Assembly (NCBI GenBank): GCA_944381365.1
Contig: CALWKW010000002.1
Location: forward strand, 180,719-244,718
Direction: 5' to 3'
DNA from: an uncultured Christensenellaceae bacterium
GTDB taxonomy: Bacteria > Bacillota > Clostridia > Christensenellales > UBA3700
Length of the DNA stretch: 64,000 bases
Part shown: one piece after another, positions 10,653 to 19,919 of the stretch
Layout: each line of letters starts with the position of its first letter
Numbering within the stretch: the first letter of the stretch is position 1
Position numbers and translations under genes: made by a program
The notes under the pieces: generated by a model
The model's database searches: none
The model's input: the letters and a program-made list of their open reading frames with translations, nothing else
Told to the model about the DNA's origin: nothing

Positions 10653-11786
10653 TTACATAAAATATTTGATATAAATCCACACTGCCAAAGCCACAACCGC
10701 TCCAACCGCCAATACAATCGCCGATATCTTGAAAGGCGACTTGGGATATTTTCCTATAATCTTGCCCGTGCGTCCGTTGGCTATACAGCCGTATGTCTTT
10801 TTTTGGTACTTATAGCTGAATACCCATATCGGCACCAAAATGTATTTGTAGGTAATGTCATTGTATGAATTGTTCATATTGACATAATCCACTACATCCG
10901 CATTGTATCTGGATATTATCATCTGCTTGATGACTGAGTCCATTATGACTACTGCATCGGAAAAACTCTCATCCAAGCTCCTGTCATATCTTTCTGCCGA
11001 ATATCCGCTTATGAATTGATTGTGATAACTCGATGCATTGTCTGTATCGAATCCGCCAAGCTTGCTCAAAGTTTTTTGGTCTATGCTCTTGCTGGCTTCT
11101 ACCTGAACATCATTGAAAAAATTGGATATTACACCGCTGTCGAGATACCAACGGGTACGAGTCTCCGTGCGTCTGTTTTTTCCCGTGCCTACCGTGACGG
11201 TATAATGCTTGCCGTATCTTATGGTATAAGTGCCGTTGCACATACTGTCAAAAGTAAATACAGGTATATAAACTCCCTGACTAGGCTGTTTGCTAGCTTC
11301 CTTTTTAAGCTTGAAGGGTGCAAGATGTTTGCCTTTGAGCCATTTTTTATAATATACATGCACATCTTCTTTGCTTATTCTGAACGGAAGAATGCCGTTT
11401 GGCTGAAGTCCGGGGATTTCATCAAGCTCGACTATATTCGATGCCCCGCAAAAAGGACATTTTGCCGCTGTCTCGTATTGAGAAAGCATTGTTACCGCCC
11501 CGCATGAACGGCATCTTATGCTTTTTACTCCCTGCCAAGCTATAAACTGATTTTCTACATTCTGATGATACGGCAGCTCTTTTGCATCTTCCACAGCTTG
11601 AAGTTCGACAAGAGTGTCGCAATATTCACACTTGAGTTTATTGCTTTTGGGATCATAAGACAAAAAGTTTCCGCAGTTAGGACATTTGTATATTTTGCTT
11701 TCGAGAATTTCCTCTTGTTTTTCTTGCTGAGCTTCTTGTACTTTGTTTTCGCTATCAATAATGTTCGGATTGTTCTGATTTTCCAT
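10653..11786 (-). CDS. Zinc-ribbon membrane-anchored protein (YdjG-like)
   Basis: Four CxxC motifs N-terminal; NGRTGK motif; C-terminal TM helix; next to an SPFH gene. Confidence 0.7.
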   Translation of the reverse strand: MENQNNPNIIDSENKVQEAQQEKQEEILESKIYKCPNCGNFLSYDPKSNKLKCEYCDTLVELQAVEDAKELPYHQNVENQFIAWQGVKSIRCRSCGAVTMLSQYETAAKCPFCGASNIVELDEIPGLQPNGILPFRISKEDVHVYYKKWLKGKHLAPFKLKKEASKQPSQGVYIPVFTFDSMCNGTYTIRYGKHYTVTVGTGKNRRTETRTRWYLDSGVISNFFNDVQVEASKSIDQKTLSKLGGFDTDNASSYHNQFISGYSAERYDRSLDESFSDAVVIMDSVIKQMIISRYNADVVDYVNMNNSYNDITYKYILVPIWVFSYKYQKKTYGCIANGRTGKIIGKYPKSPFKISAIVLAVGAVVALAVWIYIKYFM

Positions 11787-11800
11787 TTTATCCTCGCTGA

Positions 11801-12940
11801 TTATTGTTTAGCTCCGCATTCAGGACAGAACTTCTGATTGGATTTGAGTTTTGCTCCGCATTCTTTACATACTCTTTCGTTCAAATTCGCACCGCACTCG
11901 GGACAGAATTTGACTTTTGTTCCTATCTCCGCTCCGCAGGAAGGACAAACCTTCTTGGGAGGCTTCATTGTCTGACCGCATTCAGGACAGAACTTCGCCT
12001 TCTTGCCTACACTTGCTCCGCAGTTGGGACATGTAAGTTTTTCTTCCGGCTCTTTTACAGCAGTAGGATTGCTCACTGTCGCCATATTGTCGGCAAATAC
12101 CTTTCCAAATCCGAGACCGGCTCCAAGACCGATACCCATACCGCTTACTCCGTTGGGATTCTTTGCGGCGTCTCTCATAGCCTCGAGAGTCTCCATCTGA
12201 GCATGCTGCTGCATTACTCCGCTCATCACGCCGACATTCGTACGCTTGTCGAGCATCTTCTCCACTTCTTCGGGCAAAGAGAGATTTTCGATATACAAAG
12301 ACTTTATCTCTATACCTATCTTTTCAAATTCCTCTGCCATCTTTTGCTTTGCCATTTCAGCAAGCTCGTCATAGCTTGCCGCAAGGTCAAGAGCGGGAAT
12401 TTTTGATTCTGCTATTACATTGGACAAAGTAGATGTGATTATCTTTTTGAAATAATCGTCTACATTCTTAACCGTATAGTTGTTCATCGAGCCGATAAGT
12501 TCTCTCAATGCGTTTGTAGGCGTGCCTACCGAGAAAGAGTAAACGCCAAAGCCTCTTACTCTCACCATGCCGAAATCCTTATCTCTCATCATGATAGGGT
12601 TGGCAGTACCCCACTTCATATTCGTAAACTGCTTTGTCGATACGAAATATACATCTCCCGTATAAGGGCTTTCCCAAAGATATTTCCAATTATACAACTG
12701 CGTCAACAAAGGCAGGTTTTTTATATCATCGAGTTTATATGTACCGGGACCGAACACATCGGCAAGCTTACCTTCTTGTATAAACATCGCCTTTTGTCCT
12801 TCTCTTACTACGAGAACGGACTTTTTCATAATCTCCTCTTTTTTCTCGAGAGGATATTTATAAATTATGTCGTTTTCGTTGTCGCTTTCCCATTGAATTA
12901 CTTTTCTGAATTGTTTTTTCAAAAAACTTCCGAATCCCAT
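11801..12940 (-). CDS. SPFH-domain protein with C-terminal zinc ribbons (YdjI-like)
   Basis: KWGTANPI and GMVRVRGFG motifs; three CxxCG...KFCPECG repeats. Confidence 0.85.
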   Translation of the reverse strand: MGFGSFLKKQFRKVIQWESDNENDIIYKYPLEKKEEIMKKSVLVVREGQKAMFIQEGKLADVFGPGTYKLDDIKNLPLLTQLYNWKYLWESPYTGDVYFVSTKQFTNMKWGTANPIMMRDKDFGMVRVRGFGVYSFSVGTPTNALRELIGSMNNYTVKNVDDYFKKIITSTLSNVIAESKIPALDLAASYDELAEMAKQKMAEEFEKIGIEIKSLYIENLSLPEEVEKMLDKRTNVGVMSGVMQQHAQMETLEAMRDAAKNPNGVSGMGIGLGAGLGFGKVFADNMATVSNPTAVKEPEEKLTCPNCGASVGKKAKFCPECGQTMKPPKKVCPSCGAEIGTKVKFCPECGANLNERVCKECGAKLKSNQKFCPECGAKQ

Positions 12941-13140
12941 AATTGTATCTCCTTTTTTTTGTCAATTGACATTCTATATATATTTTAATATGTATTGTAT
13001 TATTATGTCAAGATGTAATTTTTAAAGCTTATGACAAATTTACGATAAATATATATCAAAATCTTGTTTTTATCTTGCCGTTGTTGTGACAGCTTTCGAC
13101 AAAATTGAATATAAATTATTTTTACGGCATATTATTTGGT

Positions 13141-14583
13141 ATGACAAAAAATATTTCTGATTTCATCAAAAAACTATGTTGTTTTGTATGCACTCTTTTG
13201 TGTATATTTTGCATAATACCCTTTGCAGCCTGCGAAAAGGATATTAAAGAGCCCGATACTACATATTCGATATGGCTTGACATAAGAGAAGACAAAATAT
13301 ATTGCACGCAAAGTGTATCTTTTGTCAATAAAAGCGAATATATCCTCGACAATCTTGTGTTTAATGTCTATGCAAATGCCTACGATTCGTCAAAGCCTTT
13401 GCCATGCACTTCTCAAGAAGAGCAAGACGCATATCCAAACGGAGTCAGCTTTGGCAAATTCGAGCTTGACAATGTCTATGGCGACTTCAAAAGCTATAAT
13501 TTTGACAGCGACAAAAATCTCATCACAATAATGCTCGATAAAGATTTATTGCCAAACCAAAGCACAAAAATAGAATTTGTCTATACTCTTGTGCCGCCAA
13601 ACACGAATTTGAGATACGGCTACAACGATATCTGCCTATCTCTCACAGGTTTTTATCCTCAACTTTGTGCACTCGTGGACGGCGAATGGTTTTCAAGAGA
13701 ATTTTCTCCGATAGGAGATCCCTATTTCAGCGATACTGCCGATTATGAGGTATGCTTCAATCTTCCTGACGAATGTCAATATGTTTGCAGCGGATTGTCA
13801 GATACAGAGGAAAAACAAGGAGAGACTTTTGTCTATACCAAAGCAAGCGATATAAGGGATTTTGCAATCATCATATCGCCCGTCCTCGACAAAACAATGA
13901 CGATACACAACGGCGTGGAGATAAGCTATTTGGGAAAATCTTCTGAAGTCGTAGAATACGCAAAAAAAGCCTTGGACACTTACAGCGAGATTTTCGGAGA
14001 ATATGCGTACGATTCTTTGGCTCTTGCAAACATACCCTTTTTGGCGGGAGGTATGGAGTACGGAGCTTTGTGCGTGCTCAATGACCAGCTTACGGGCATA
14101 GACACAGAAAGCGTGACAGCTCACGAGGTAGCACACGAGTGGTGGTACTCCGCCTTGGGAAGCAACAATCTTATAGACGCTTGGCAGGACGAAGGACTTG
14201 CCGAGTATTCGACATATCTTTATTTTGAAAAAAACGGCAGAAAGGATGTCGCAGATTTACTTCTAAATGACGCTTATGTGCAATACGGAAACTTTAAAGA
14301 ACTCGGCATAAAAGTAGGCGAACCCGTGACAGGTATGCTGGCAGGCGAACTTAATTCTTTTGCAAGCAATTATCACTATACAAATCTTACCTACAACAAA
14401 GCATTCATATTGTGGGACTACGCATCGAACTGTATGGGAAAAGATAATCTTCTGAAAGCACTGAGATATTATTATTTGTCAAACAAGTTTGCTATCGCAA
14501 CGCCCGATGATTTGTATAATGCTCTGGACAATACAAAAGCGGGAACAAGCTCGATTCTCAAAAGCTGGATAAATAATTGTTGA
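13141..14583 (+). CDS. M1-family zinc aminopeptidase, probable lipoprotein
   Basis: GGMEY, HEVAHEWW and downstream DEGLAEY; lipobox-like FAAC; ATG 13141 preferred over TTG 13105. Confidence 0.85.
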   Translation: MTKNISDFIKKLCCFVCTLLCIFCIIPFAACEKDIKEPDTTYSIWLDIREDKIYCTQSVSFVNKSEYILDNLVFNVYANAYDSSKPLPCTSQEEQDAYPNGVSFGKFELDNVYGDFKSYNFDSDKNLITIMLDKDLLPNQSTKIEFVYTLVPPNTNLRYGYNDICLSLTGFYPQLCALVDGEWFSREFSPIGDPYFSDTADYEVCFNLPDECQYVCSGLSDTEEKQGETFVYTKASDIRDFAIIISPVLDKTMTIHNGVEISYLGKSSEVVEYAKKALDTYSEIFGEYAYDSLALANIPFLAGGMEYGALCVLNDQLTGIDTESVTAHEVAHEWWYSALGSNNLIDAWQDEGLAEYSTYLYFEKNGRKDVADLLLNDAYVQYGNFKELGIKVGEPVTGMLAGELNSFASNYHYTNLTYNKAFILWDYASNCMGKDNLLKALRYYYLSNKFAIATPDDLYNALDNTKAGTSSILKSWINNC

Positions 14584-14620
14584 GATAAATCGTCAAGGCA
14601 AAATATTCCATAATAAAAAT

Positions 14621-14650
14621 GTATAAAACTTTATATCATTTTCCATAATA
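14621..14650 (+). promoter_or_regulatory. Putative sigmaG (forespore) promoter
   Basis: GTATA-N18-CATAATA matches the B. subtilis sigmaG consensus; ~40 bp before the small Q/N-rich ORF. Confidence 0.6.
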
Positions 14651-14689
14651 AAAGTGTAGTCTTAAAGACTAACAAAACAGGAGGATAAT

Positions 14690-14803
14690 ATGAAGAATTA
14701 TCAATCACAACAACAGAATCAATCAAACAATCAGAAGAACAAGACCAATAGCAACGGTCAATCTCAACCCAGCAACTGCCAAAACTGCGGCAAGAACAAC
14801 TAA
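14690..14803 (+). CDS. 37-aa Gln/Asn-rich small protein, probably spore-associated (not in ORF track)
   Basis: MKNYQSQQQNQSNNQKNKTNSNGQSQPSNCQNCGKNN; AGGAGG RBS; own promoter and terminator. Confidence 0.8.
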   Translation: MKNYQSQQQNQSNNQKNKTNSNGQSQPSNCQNCGKNN

Positions 14804-14826
14804 TTGTAAGGTTGAACAACACAAAT

Positions 14827-14857
14827 AAAAAGGCGGGGAGCGATTCCCCGTCTTTTT
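14827..14857. terminator. Bidirectional intrinsic terminator
   Basis: AAAAAGGCGGGGA-GCGAT-TCCCCGTCTTTTT. Confidence 0.85.
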
Positions 14858-14910
14858 AAAGTTATGGATAGGTCGTCATTTAGACCTTGTAATGGCTTTT
14901 GTCATCAATA

Positions 14911-14939
14911 ATTCTATAAGAAGATTTCTTCTTTGTCAA
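14911..14939 (-). promoter_or_regulatory. SigmaA promoter divergent from the XRE gene, with a palindromic operator-like site in the spacer
   Basis: TTGACA-N17-TAGAAT on minus; AAGAAG-ATTT-CTTCTT at 14918-14933. Confidence 0.6.
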
Positions 14940-14973
14940 GCTTTTTCAAGAATTTTTCTTCTATACTTGAACT

Positions 14974-15171
14974 ATGAATATAGGCGAAACGATAAAAGAA
15001 TTAAGAATAGAGAGAAATCTATCACAACAAAAACTTGCATCGGCTATCGGCGTAAGTCAAAAAGCCATAGACTATTGGGAGCGAGGCGTCAACGAACCTA
15101 AGGCTAGTTATGTAGCTCTTCTTGCCGACTTTTTCAATGTCAGCTGCGATTATTTGCTGGGAAGAGAATAA
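14974..15171 (+). CDS. Solo XRE-family helix-turn-helix regulator
   Basis: IKELRIERNLSQQKLA..IGVSQKAIDYWERG..EP and VSCDYLLG; no SD, TATACT 6 nt before ATG. Confidence 0.92.
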   Translation: MNIGETIKELRIERNLSQQKLASAIGVSQKAIDYWERGVNEPKASYVALLADFFNVSCDYLLGRE

Positions 15172-15204
15172 AATCGCAATCATATCTTTAATATTTGAAA
15201 TTAT

Positions 15205-15229
15205 GCGGTCTTAATAGACCGCTTTTTTT
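15205..15229 (+). terminator. Intrinsic terminator of the XRE gene
   Basis: GCGGTCT-TAAT-AGACCGC followed by T7. Confidence 0.85.
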
Positions 15230-15295
15230 ATTACCAAATCTACTAAAAAGGGTTATCTCAACGCATGTGCAGGCGTGCGTGCGTATTGTTTACTT

Positions 15296-15336
15296 TAATT
15301 TATACAATTTAAGTCTTGGGTAAATTGTATAAATTA
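15296..15336 (+). repeat. Dispersed spacer palindrome, copy 2
   Basis: TAATTTATACAATTTA-AGTCTTGGG-TAAATTGTATAAATTA; perfect 16-bp arms. Confidence 0.95.
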
Positions 15337-15582
15337 TTTATTATATATTATATAAGCAAATTATATAGGCTGTAATATTGGCATTGGATAGGGGGCGATT
15401 TTGCGAATTTATAACGGCTGCCTTGAATCCATAACTATTTATCAACTCGTTGCGACCTTAAAAAGAGTGTTATTTTTGCTTTTTCAAGACATACTGCGAC
15501 AAGAGCATACTTTATGCATGTGACTTAAAAGGAGTGTTGCATATAAAAGCAAAAAAGCACGCCCTTATACAAGTTAGCACCC

Positions 15583-15699
15583 AAAAAGAAAGCCGGCACA
15601 GCATTTCTGCTGTGCCGACTTCCAATTATATGATAAGGGGGAAAATTATGAGCTATTTATGTCTGTAAACTTATTTACTTGTTCGTAAATCTTATTTAC
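15583..15699 (-). ncRNA. Candidate trans-acting sRNA (~117 nt) with C-rich anti-SD-like segment
   Basis: TTGACA-N17-TATATT with extended -10 TG (15706-15734); TTTTCCCCCTTA; CGGCACAGCA/TGCTGTGCCG terminator with U tract; no SD-led ORF. Confidence 0.65.
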
Positions 15700-15984
15700 A
15701 GGCATAATATACCACCCTAAAAAATTTTTGTCAACAGTTTTTTCAAAGAATTTTAAAGATTTTACATTATTTTAATAAATTTAGTTTTTTTAGCTCAATT
15801 TTCTTCTAATTTTTAAGATTTTTTTAATATATCACTATTTTTTGCCTTTTATTTTTAATATTTTGTTTACAAATTTTACTTTTATCATAAAAAAGACCGC
15901 CTTTTGGTAAATATATTCTCAAAAGACGGTTGTTTTTTTAATTCAATTTTTACTTTTATGATAAACTAAGAAGTTTTTATTCTG

Positions 15985-17166
15985 TCATCTACAGTGCTTT
16001 ATTATAAAATCTTCTATTCTGTCCATTGCTTTTTGAAGATTGTTGAGAGAATAAGCATAGCTGATTCTTACAAAATCTTTTCCGCTCTCTCCGAAAGCTC
16101 CGCCGGGGACTACTGCCACTTTGCTCTTTTCAAGAAGTTTTTCTGCAAACTCCTCTCCGTTCATTCCCGTAGACCTTACGCAAGGGAAAACATAAAATGC
16201 TCCCTTAGGATCAAAACATTGCAATCCCATGCCGTTTAGTCTGGATACCAAGAATCTTCTTCTCATATCATATTGCTCTCTCATATTCTCTATCTCGGCA
16301 AAGTTGTCCTCAAATCCCATTCTTAAAGCCTCGAGTCCCGCATACTGAGCACTCGTAGGAGCACACATTATTATGTACTGATGTATTTTGAGCATTTGCT
16401 TGAATATTTCGTTTGGAGCACATACATATCCTATTCTCCAGCCTGTCATGGCAAAAGCCTTGCTAAAGCCGTTGATGAGTATAGTTCTCTCCCACATATC
16501 GTCTATCGAAGAAAAGCAAACATGTTTTCCTTCATAAGTCAATTCGCTGTATATCTCATCGCTTATCACGATAAGGTCATGCTTTTTTACTACCTTGGCA
16601 ATAGCTTGCATATCCTCTTTTCGCATTACCGCACCGGTAGGATTGTTGGGGTAAGGCAAAATCAAAGCTTTTGTCCTCGATGTGATGACTTTTTCGAGAT
16701 TTTCTGGAGTAAGTCTGAATTCGTCCTCCACAAAGCATTTTGCACTCACTGCTTTTCCTCCGCAAAACGCAACGCTGGGGGCATAAGACACATAGCTGGG
16801 ATCAGGCACGATGACTTCGTCATTGTCATTGATAATTGCCCTTAAAGCAAGATATATAGCCTCGCTGGCTCCCACCGTGACGAATATTTCTTTTTCGGGA
16901 TTATAGTTGACATCATACCTTACCTTCAAAAACTTTGATATGTATTCTCTCAAGGCAGGCAAACCGCTGTTGCTCGTGTATTGAGTAAGCCCTTTTCTGA
17001 TGCTCTGAATACCAGCTTCCCTTGCACACCAAGGCGTGTCAAAGTCAGGCTCGCCTACTCCCAAAGATATTGCGTCCTTGTATGTGGAAGCTATGTCAAA
17101 AAATTTCCTTATGCCTGAAGGCGGAATATTTTTTACTATGTCGCTGAAGTATTTGTCGTAATTCAT
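15985..17166 (-). CDS. Class I/II PLP aminotransferase (YugH/AlaT-like)
   Basis: SLGVGEPDF, PNNPTG, SDEIY and SKAFAMTGWRIG motifs. Confidence 0.95.
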   Translation of the reverse strand: MNYDKYFSDIVKNIPPSGIRKFFDIASTYKDAISLGVGEPDFDTPWCAREAGIQSIRKGLTQYTSNSGLPALREYISKFLKVRYDVNYNPEKEIFVTVGASEAIYLALRAIINDNDEVIVPDPSYVSYAPSVAFCGGKAVSAKCFVEDEFRLTPENLEKVITSRTKALILPYPNNPTGAVMRKEDMQAIAKVVKKHDLIVISDEIYSELTYEGKHVCFSSIDDMWERTILINGFSKAFAMTGWRIGYVCAPNEIFKQMLKIHQYIIMCAPTSAQYAGLEALRMGFEDNFAEIENMREQYDMRRRFLVSRLNGMGLQCFDPKGAFYVFPCVRSTGMNGEEFAEKLLEKSKVAVVPGGAFGESGKDFVRISYAYSLNNLQKAMDRIEDFIIKHCR

Positions 17167-17660
17167 ATCAAAAACTGCCTCTTTTCTTCCTGATCTTCTT
17201 TGTCCAAAATGACGCCTTCTGTCTTATATTTTTTGAGAATAAAGTGTGTAGCCGTAGATATAATGTCTCTCATTGTAGAAAGTTTTTCGGACACAAATCT
17301 CGATACTTCTCTCAAGTTCTTGCCCTCTATGGTAATACACAAGTCATAGGCACCGCTCATAAGATATACTGCTTTTACTTCTTCGAATTGATAGATGTTT
17401 TTTGCTATCGCATCAAAGCCGCTGCTCATCTGAGGCGTGACTTTCACCTCTATCAAAGCCGTCACTATATCATCGCTGAGTTTTTCGGTATTGTACAATG
17501 TAGTGTACTTTGCGATGATATTGCCGTCTTCCATAGCCTTGATTCTGTCGGCTACTTCTTTTTCTCCAAGACCTACCATAGGTGCGATTTGTGCACTAGT
17601 GAGTCTGCTGTCTTCATGCAAAACTTTCAAAATCTTTTTGTCAAAATTGTCCATTGCCAT
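17163..17660 (-). CDS. Lrp/AsnC-family regulator (YugG-like)
   Basis: N-terminal HTH; YLMSGAYDL; THFILKKYK; paired with the aminotransferase. Confidence 0.92.
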   Translation of the reverse strand: MAMDNFDKKILKVLHEDSRLTSAQIAPMVGLGEKEVADRIKAMEDGNIIAKYTTLYNTEKLSDDIVTALIEVKVTPQMSSGFDAIAKNIYQFEEVKAVYLMSGAYDLCITIEGKNLREVSRFVSEKLSTMRDIISTATHFILKKYKTEGVILDKEDQEEKRQFLI

Positions 17661-19237
17661 TATTCCGTCATCTCCAAATAATCTTCGTATGTTGTGAGTT
17701 TATCAAAGGTTTTTGTTCCGTTGATTTCAATAATTCTGTTGGCTACCGTCTGCATAAGCTCCTGATCGTGAGAAGCAAACATAAGTCCGCCCTTGAAGTT
17801 TATCATGCCCTTGTTGAGCGATGTTATCGCTTCCAAATCGAGGTGGTTTGTAGGCTCGTCGAGTATGACGAAGTTTCCGCCCTGAAGCATTGCTCTTGCC
17901 ATCATACATCTTACTTTTTCGCCACCGCTGAGCACGCATGCTTTTTTCTTTGCCTCTTCTCCTGAGAACAACATTCTTCCCAGCCAGCCTCTAAGATAAC
18001 TTTCTGTATGGTCTTTTACCGCATACTGATTTATCCATTCGACAAGTGAAAGCTGTACTCCGTCAAAAAACTTGTCAAAGTTCTGAGGCACATAGCTGTT
18101 GACTACCGTCTTACCCCATTTGAATGTACCGCTGTCGGGCTGTTCGATACCCATAAGCACATCAAAAAGCATGGATATATTTATTGACTTATCCGACAAA
18201 AAGGCGATTTTTTCTCCCTTCTGAACGGTAAATGTGATATCTTCGAAATATCCCTTCTTCGTAAGTCCTTCGACAGTGAGAATATCCTTGCCGAGTTCTT
18301 GCTCGAAATCGAAGTTTATATAAGGATATTTTCTCAAAGAAGGTTTTATGTCTTCAAGAGTAAGTTTTTCAAGTTCTTTCTTTCTCGAAGTAGCTTGTCT
18401 CGATTTGCTGGCATTTGCTGAGAATCTTGCGATAAACTCCTGCAATTCCTTTGCTCTTGCCTCAGCCTTTTTGTTGGCTTCTCTTGCTTGTTTTGCCAAG
18501 AGCTGGTTTGTCTCATACCAAAAATCATAGTTTCCTACATACATATTGATGTGACCGTAATCCACATCGCAGATATGCGTACAAACCTTGTTGAGGAAGT
18601 GTCTGTTGTGGGACACTATTATTATAGTATTCTTAAAGTCAAGCAAGAAGTTTTCCAGCCACATTATCGATTTTGCATCGAGATTGTTTGTAGGCTCGTC
18701 AAGAATAAGAATATCGGGATTGCCAAACAATGCCTGTGCAAGCAAAATCTTCACTTTTTGCTTACCGTCAAGCTCGCTCATAAGCTTGTCGTGATATTCT
18801 TCGCCAAACTTAAGCTCATTGAGAAGAGATGCCGCATCGCTCTCTGCTTCCCAGCCACCAAGCTCTGCAAACTCTGTCTCGAGTTCTGCTGCCAAATTGC
18901 CGTCTTCTTCGCTGAAATCGGGTTTTGCATACAATGCGTCCTTTCTGTCCATTATGTCCACAAGTTTTTTGTGTCCCATAAGCACGGTACGCATTACCGT
19001 ATATTGGTCAAAATCGTTCTGATTCTGATTGAGCACGCTTATTCTTTGGTCTTTTCCTATGCTGACCGTACCTCTCGTAGGCTCCAATGCTCCCGACAAA
19101 ATCTTCAAAAAAGTAGATTTTCCCGCACCGTTGGCTCCTATGATTCCATAGCAGTTTCCGTCTGTAAATTTGAGATTTACATCTTCAAAAAGCTTTCTTC
19201 CTCCGAATTGCAAAAATACATCGTTTACTTGTAACAT
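17660..19237 (-). CDS. ABC-F family ATPase (YbiT/YkpA-like)
   Basis: Two NBDs (GANGAGKST, LDEPTNN, LSGGE, LDEPTNH) with helical linker; no TM segments. Confidence 0.93.
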   Translation of the reverse strand: MLQVNDVFLQFGGRKLFEDVNLKFTDGNCYGIIGANGAGKSTFLKILSGALEPTRGTVSIGKDQRISVLNQNQNDFDQYTVMRTVLMGHKKLVDIMDRKDALYAKPDFSEEDGNLAAELETEFAELGGWEAESDAASLLNELKFGEEYHDKLMSELDGKQKVKILLAQALFGNPDILILDEPTNNLDAKSIMWLENFLLDFKNTIIIVSHNRHFLNKVCTHICDVDYGHINMYVGNYDFWYETNQLLAKQAREANKKAEARAKELQEFIARFSANASKSRQATSRKKELEKLTLEDIKPSLRKYPYINFDFEQELGKDILTVEGLTKKGYFEDITFTVQKGEKIAFLSDKSINISMLFDVLMGIEQPDSGTFKWGKTVVNSYVPQNFDKFFDGVQLSLVEWINQYAVKDHTESYLRGWLGRMLFSGEEAKKKACVLSGGEKVRCMMARAMLQGGNFVILDEPTNHLDLEAITSLNKGMINFKGGLMFASHDQELMQTVANRIIEINGTKTFDKLTTYEDYLEMTE

Positions 19238-19399
19238 TTTATCTCCTTGCTTTAGGTAATTATACCTTGGTGTATTTTTTGTCCCCTCTTATTAAAAGTT
19301 TTTATCAATATAATATATTTTGTCAAGCATGTTTGTTTGCGACAAAACAAAGTCTTTACTTAATTATTTTATATCGCAATCGCTATGATTTTAGGCATA

Positions 19400-19891
19400 T
19401 CATTTTATAATGCTGACTGTACCGCCCAAATCTATCTTATATCCGTATCCGTGAATAAAATAGCTTTCTATTCTGTCATTTTCCACTTCGCACAAAAAAT
19501 AGAATTTTACCTCTTCTCCCGACTTAAGCTGTCTTTGCGAATTCAATATATCGTATTCTTCGCTTGACGCATTGACAAATTGTCCGTCATCTACCTTAAA
19601 ATCCGAAGAATTTACAGTAATATCTTTTTTTGCCTTGACTTGTATGCCTATAAGCAAAAAACACTTTCCTTCATTTGCCGAAAGACTTTCAAATTCTGTC
19701 TTTTTTATATTGTCGAATACTTTATATTCTAAATTGTCCGTTGTGCAAATCTCGCCTATATGCGAGCTTTTTTCTATCTTATTCTTTTCGCATCTGTTGA
19801 CGAAAAAAATGACGAGAAATACCGTGACTATCACTGCAATGGTGATAGCTACAAGACCGATATTTCGTTTTGCTTTAAAACTTAGTTTCAT
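19400..19891 (-). CDS. Membrane-anchored hypothetical protein
   Basis: N-terminal TM helix followed by a beta-rich domain; in line with the operon. Confidence 0.6.
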   Translation of the reverse strand: MKLSFKAKRNIGLVAITIAVIVTVFLVIFFVNRCEKNKIEKSSHIGEICTTDNLEYKVFDNIKKTEFESLSANEGKCFLLIGIQVKAKKDITVNSSDFKVDDGQFVNASSEEYDILNSQRQLKSGEEVKFYFLCEVENDRIESYFIHGYGYKIDLGGTVSIIK

Positions 19892-19919
19892 AATTATTTT
19901 GTTTTTATATAATATTGAT

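Noticed and set aside
15452-15540. Imperfect direct repeat GAC(C)TTAAAARGAGTGTT, two copies
   Set aside because: Only two short AT-rich copies with no associated gene; cannot be separated from chance
15640-15705. 19-aa ORF MPVNKIYEQVNKFTDINSS on minus within the sRNA candidate
   Set aside because: Its ATG directly abuts the -10 box, upstream of the expected start site, and has no SD
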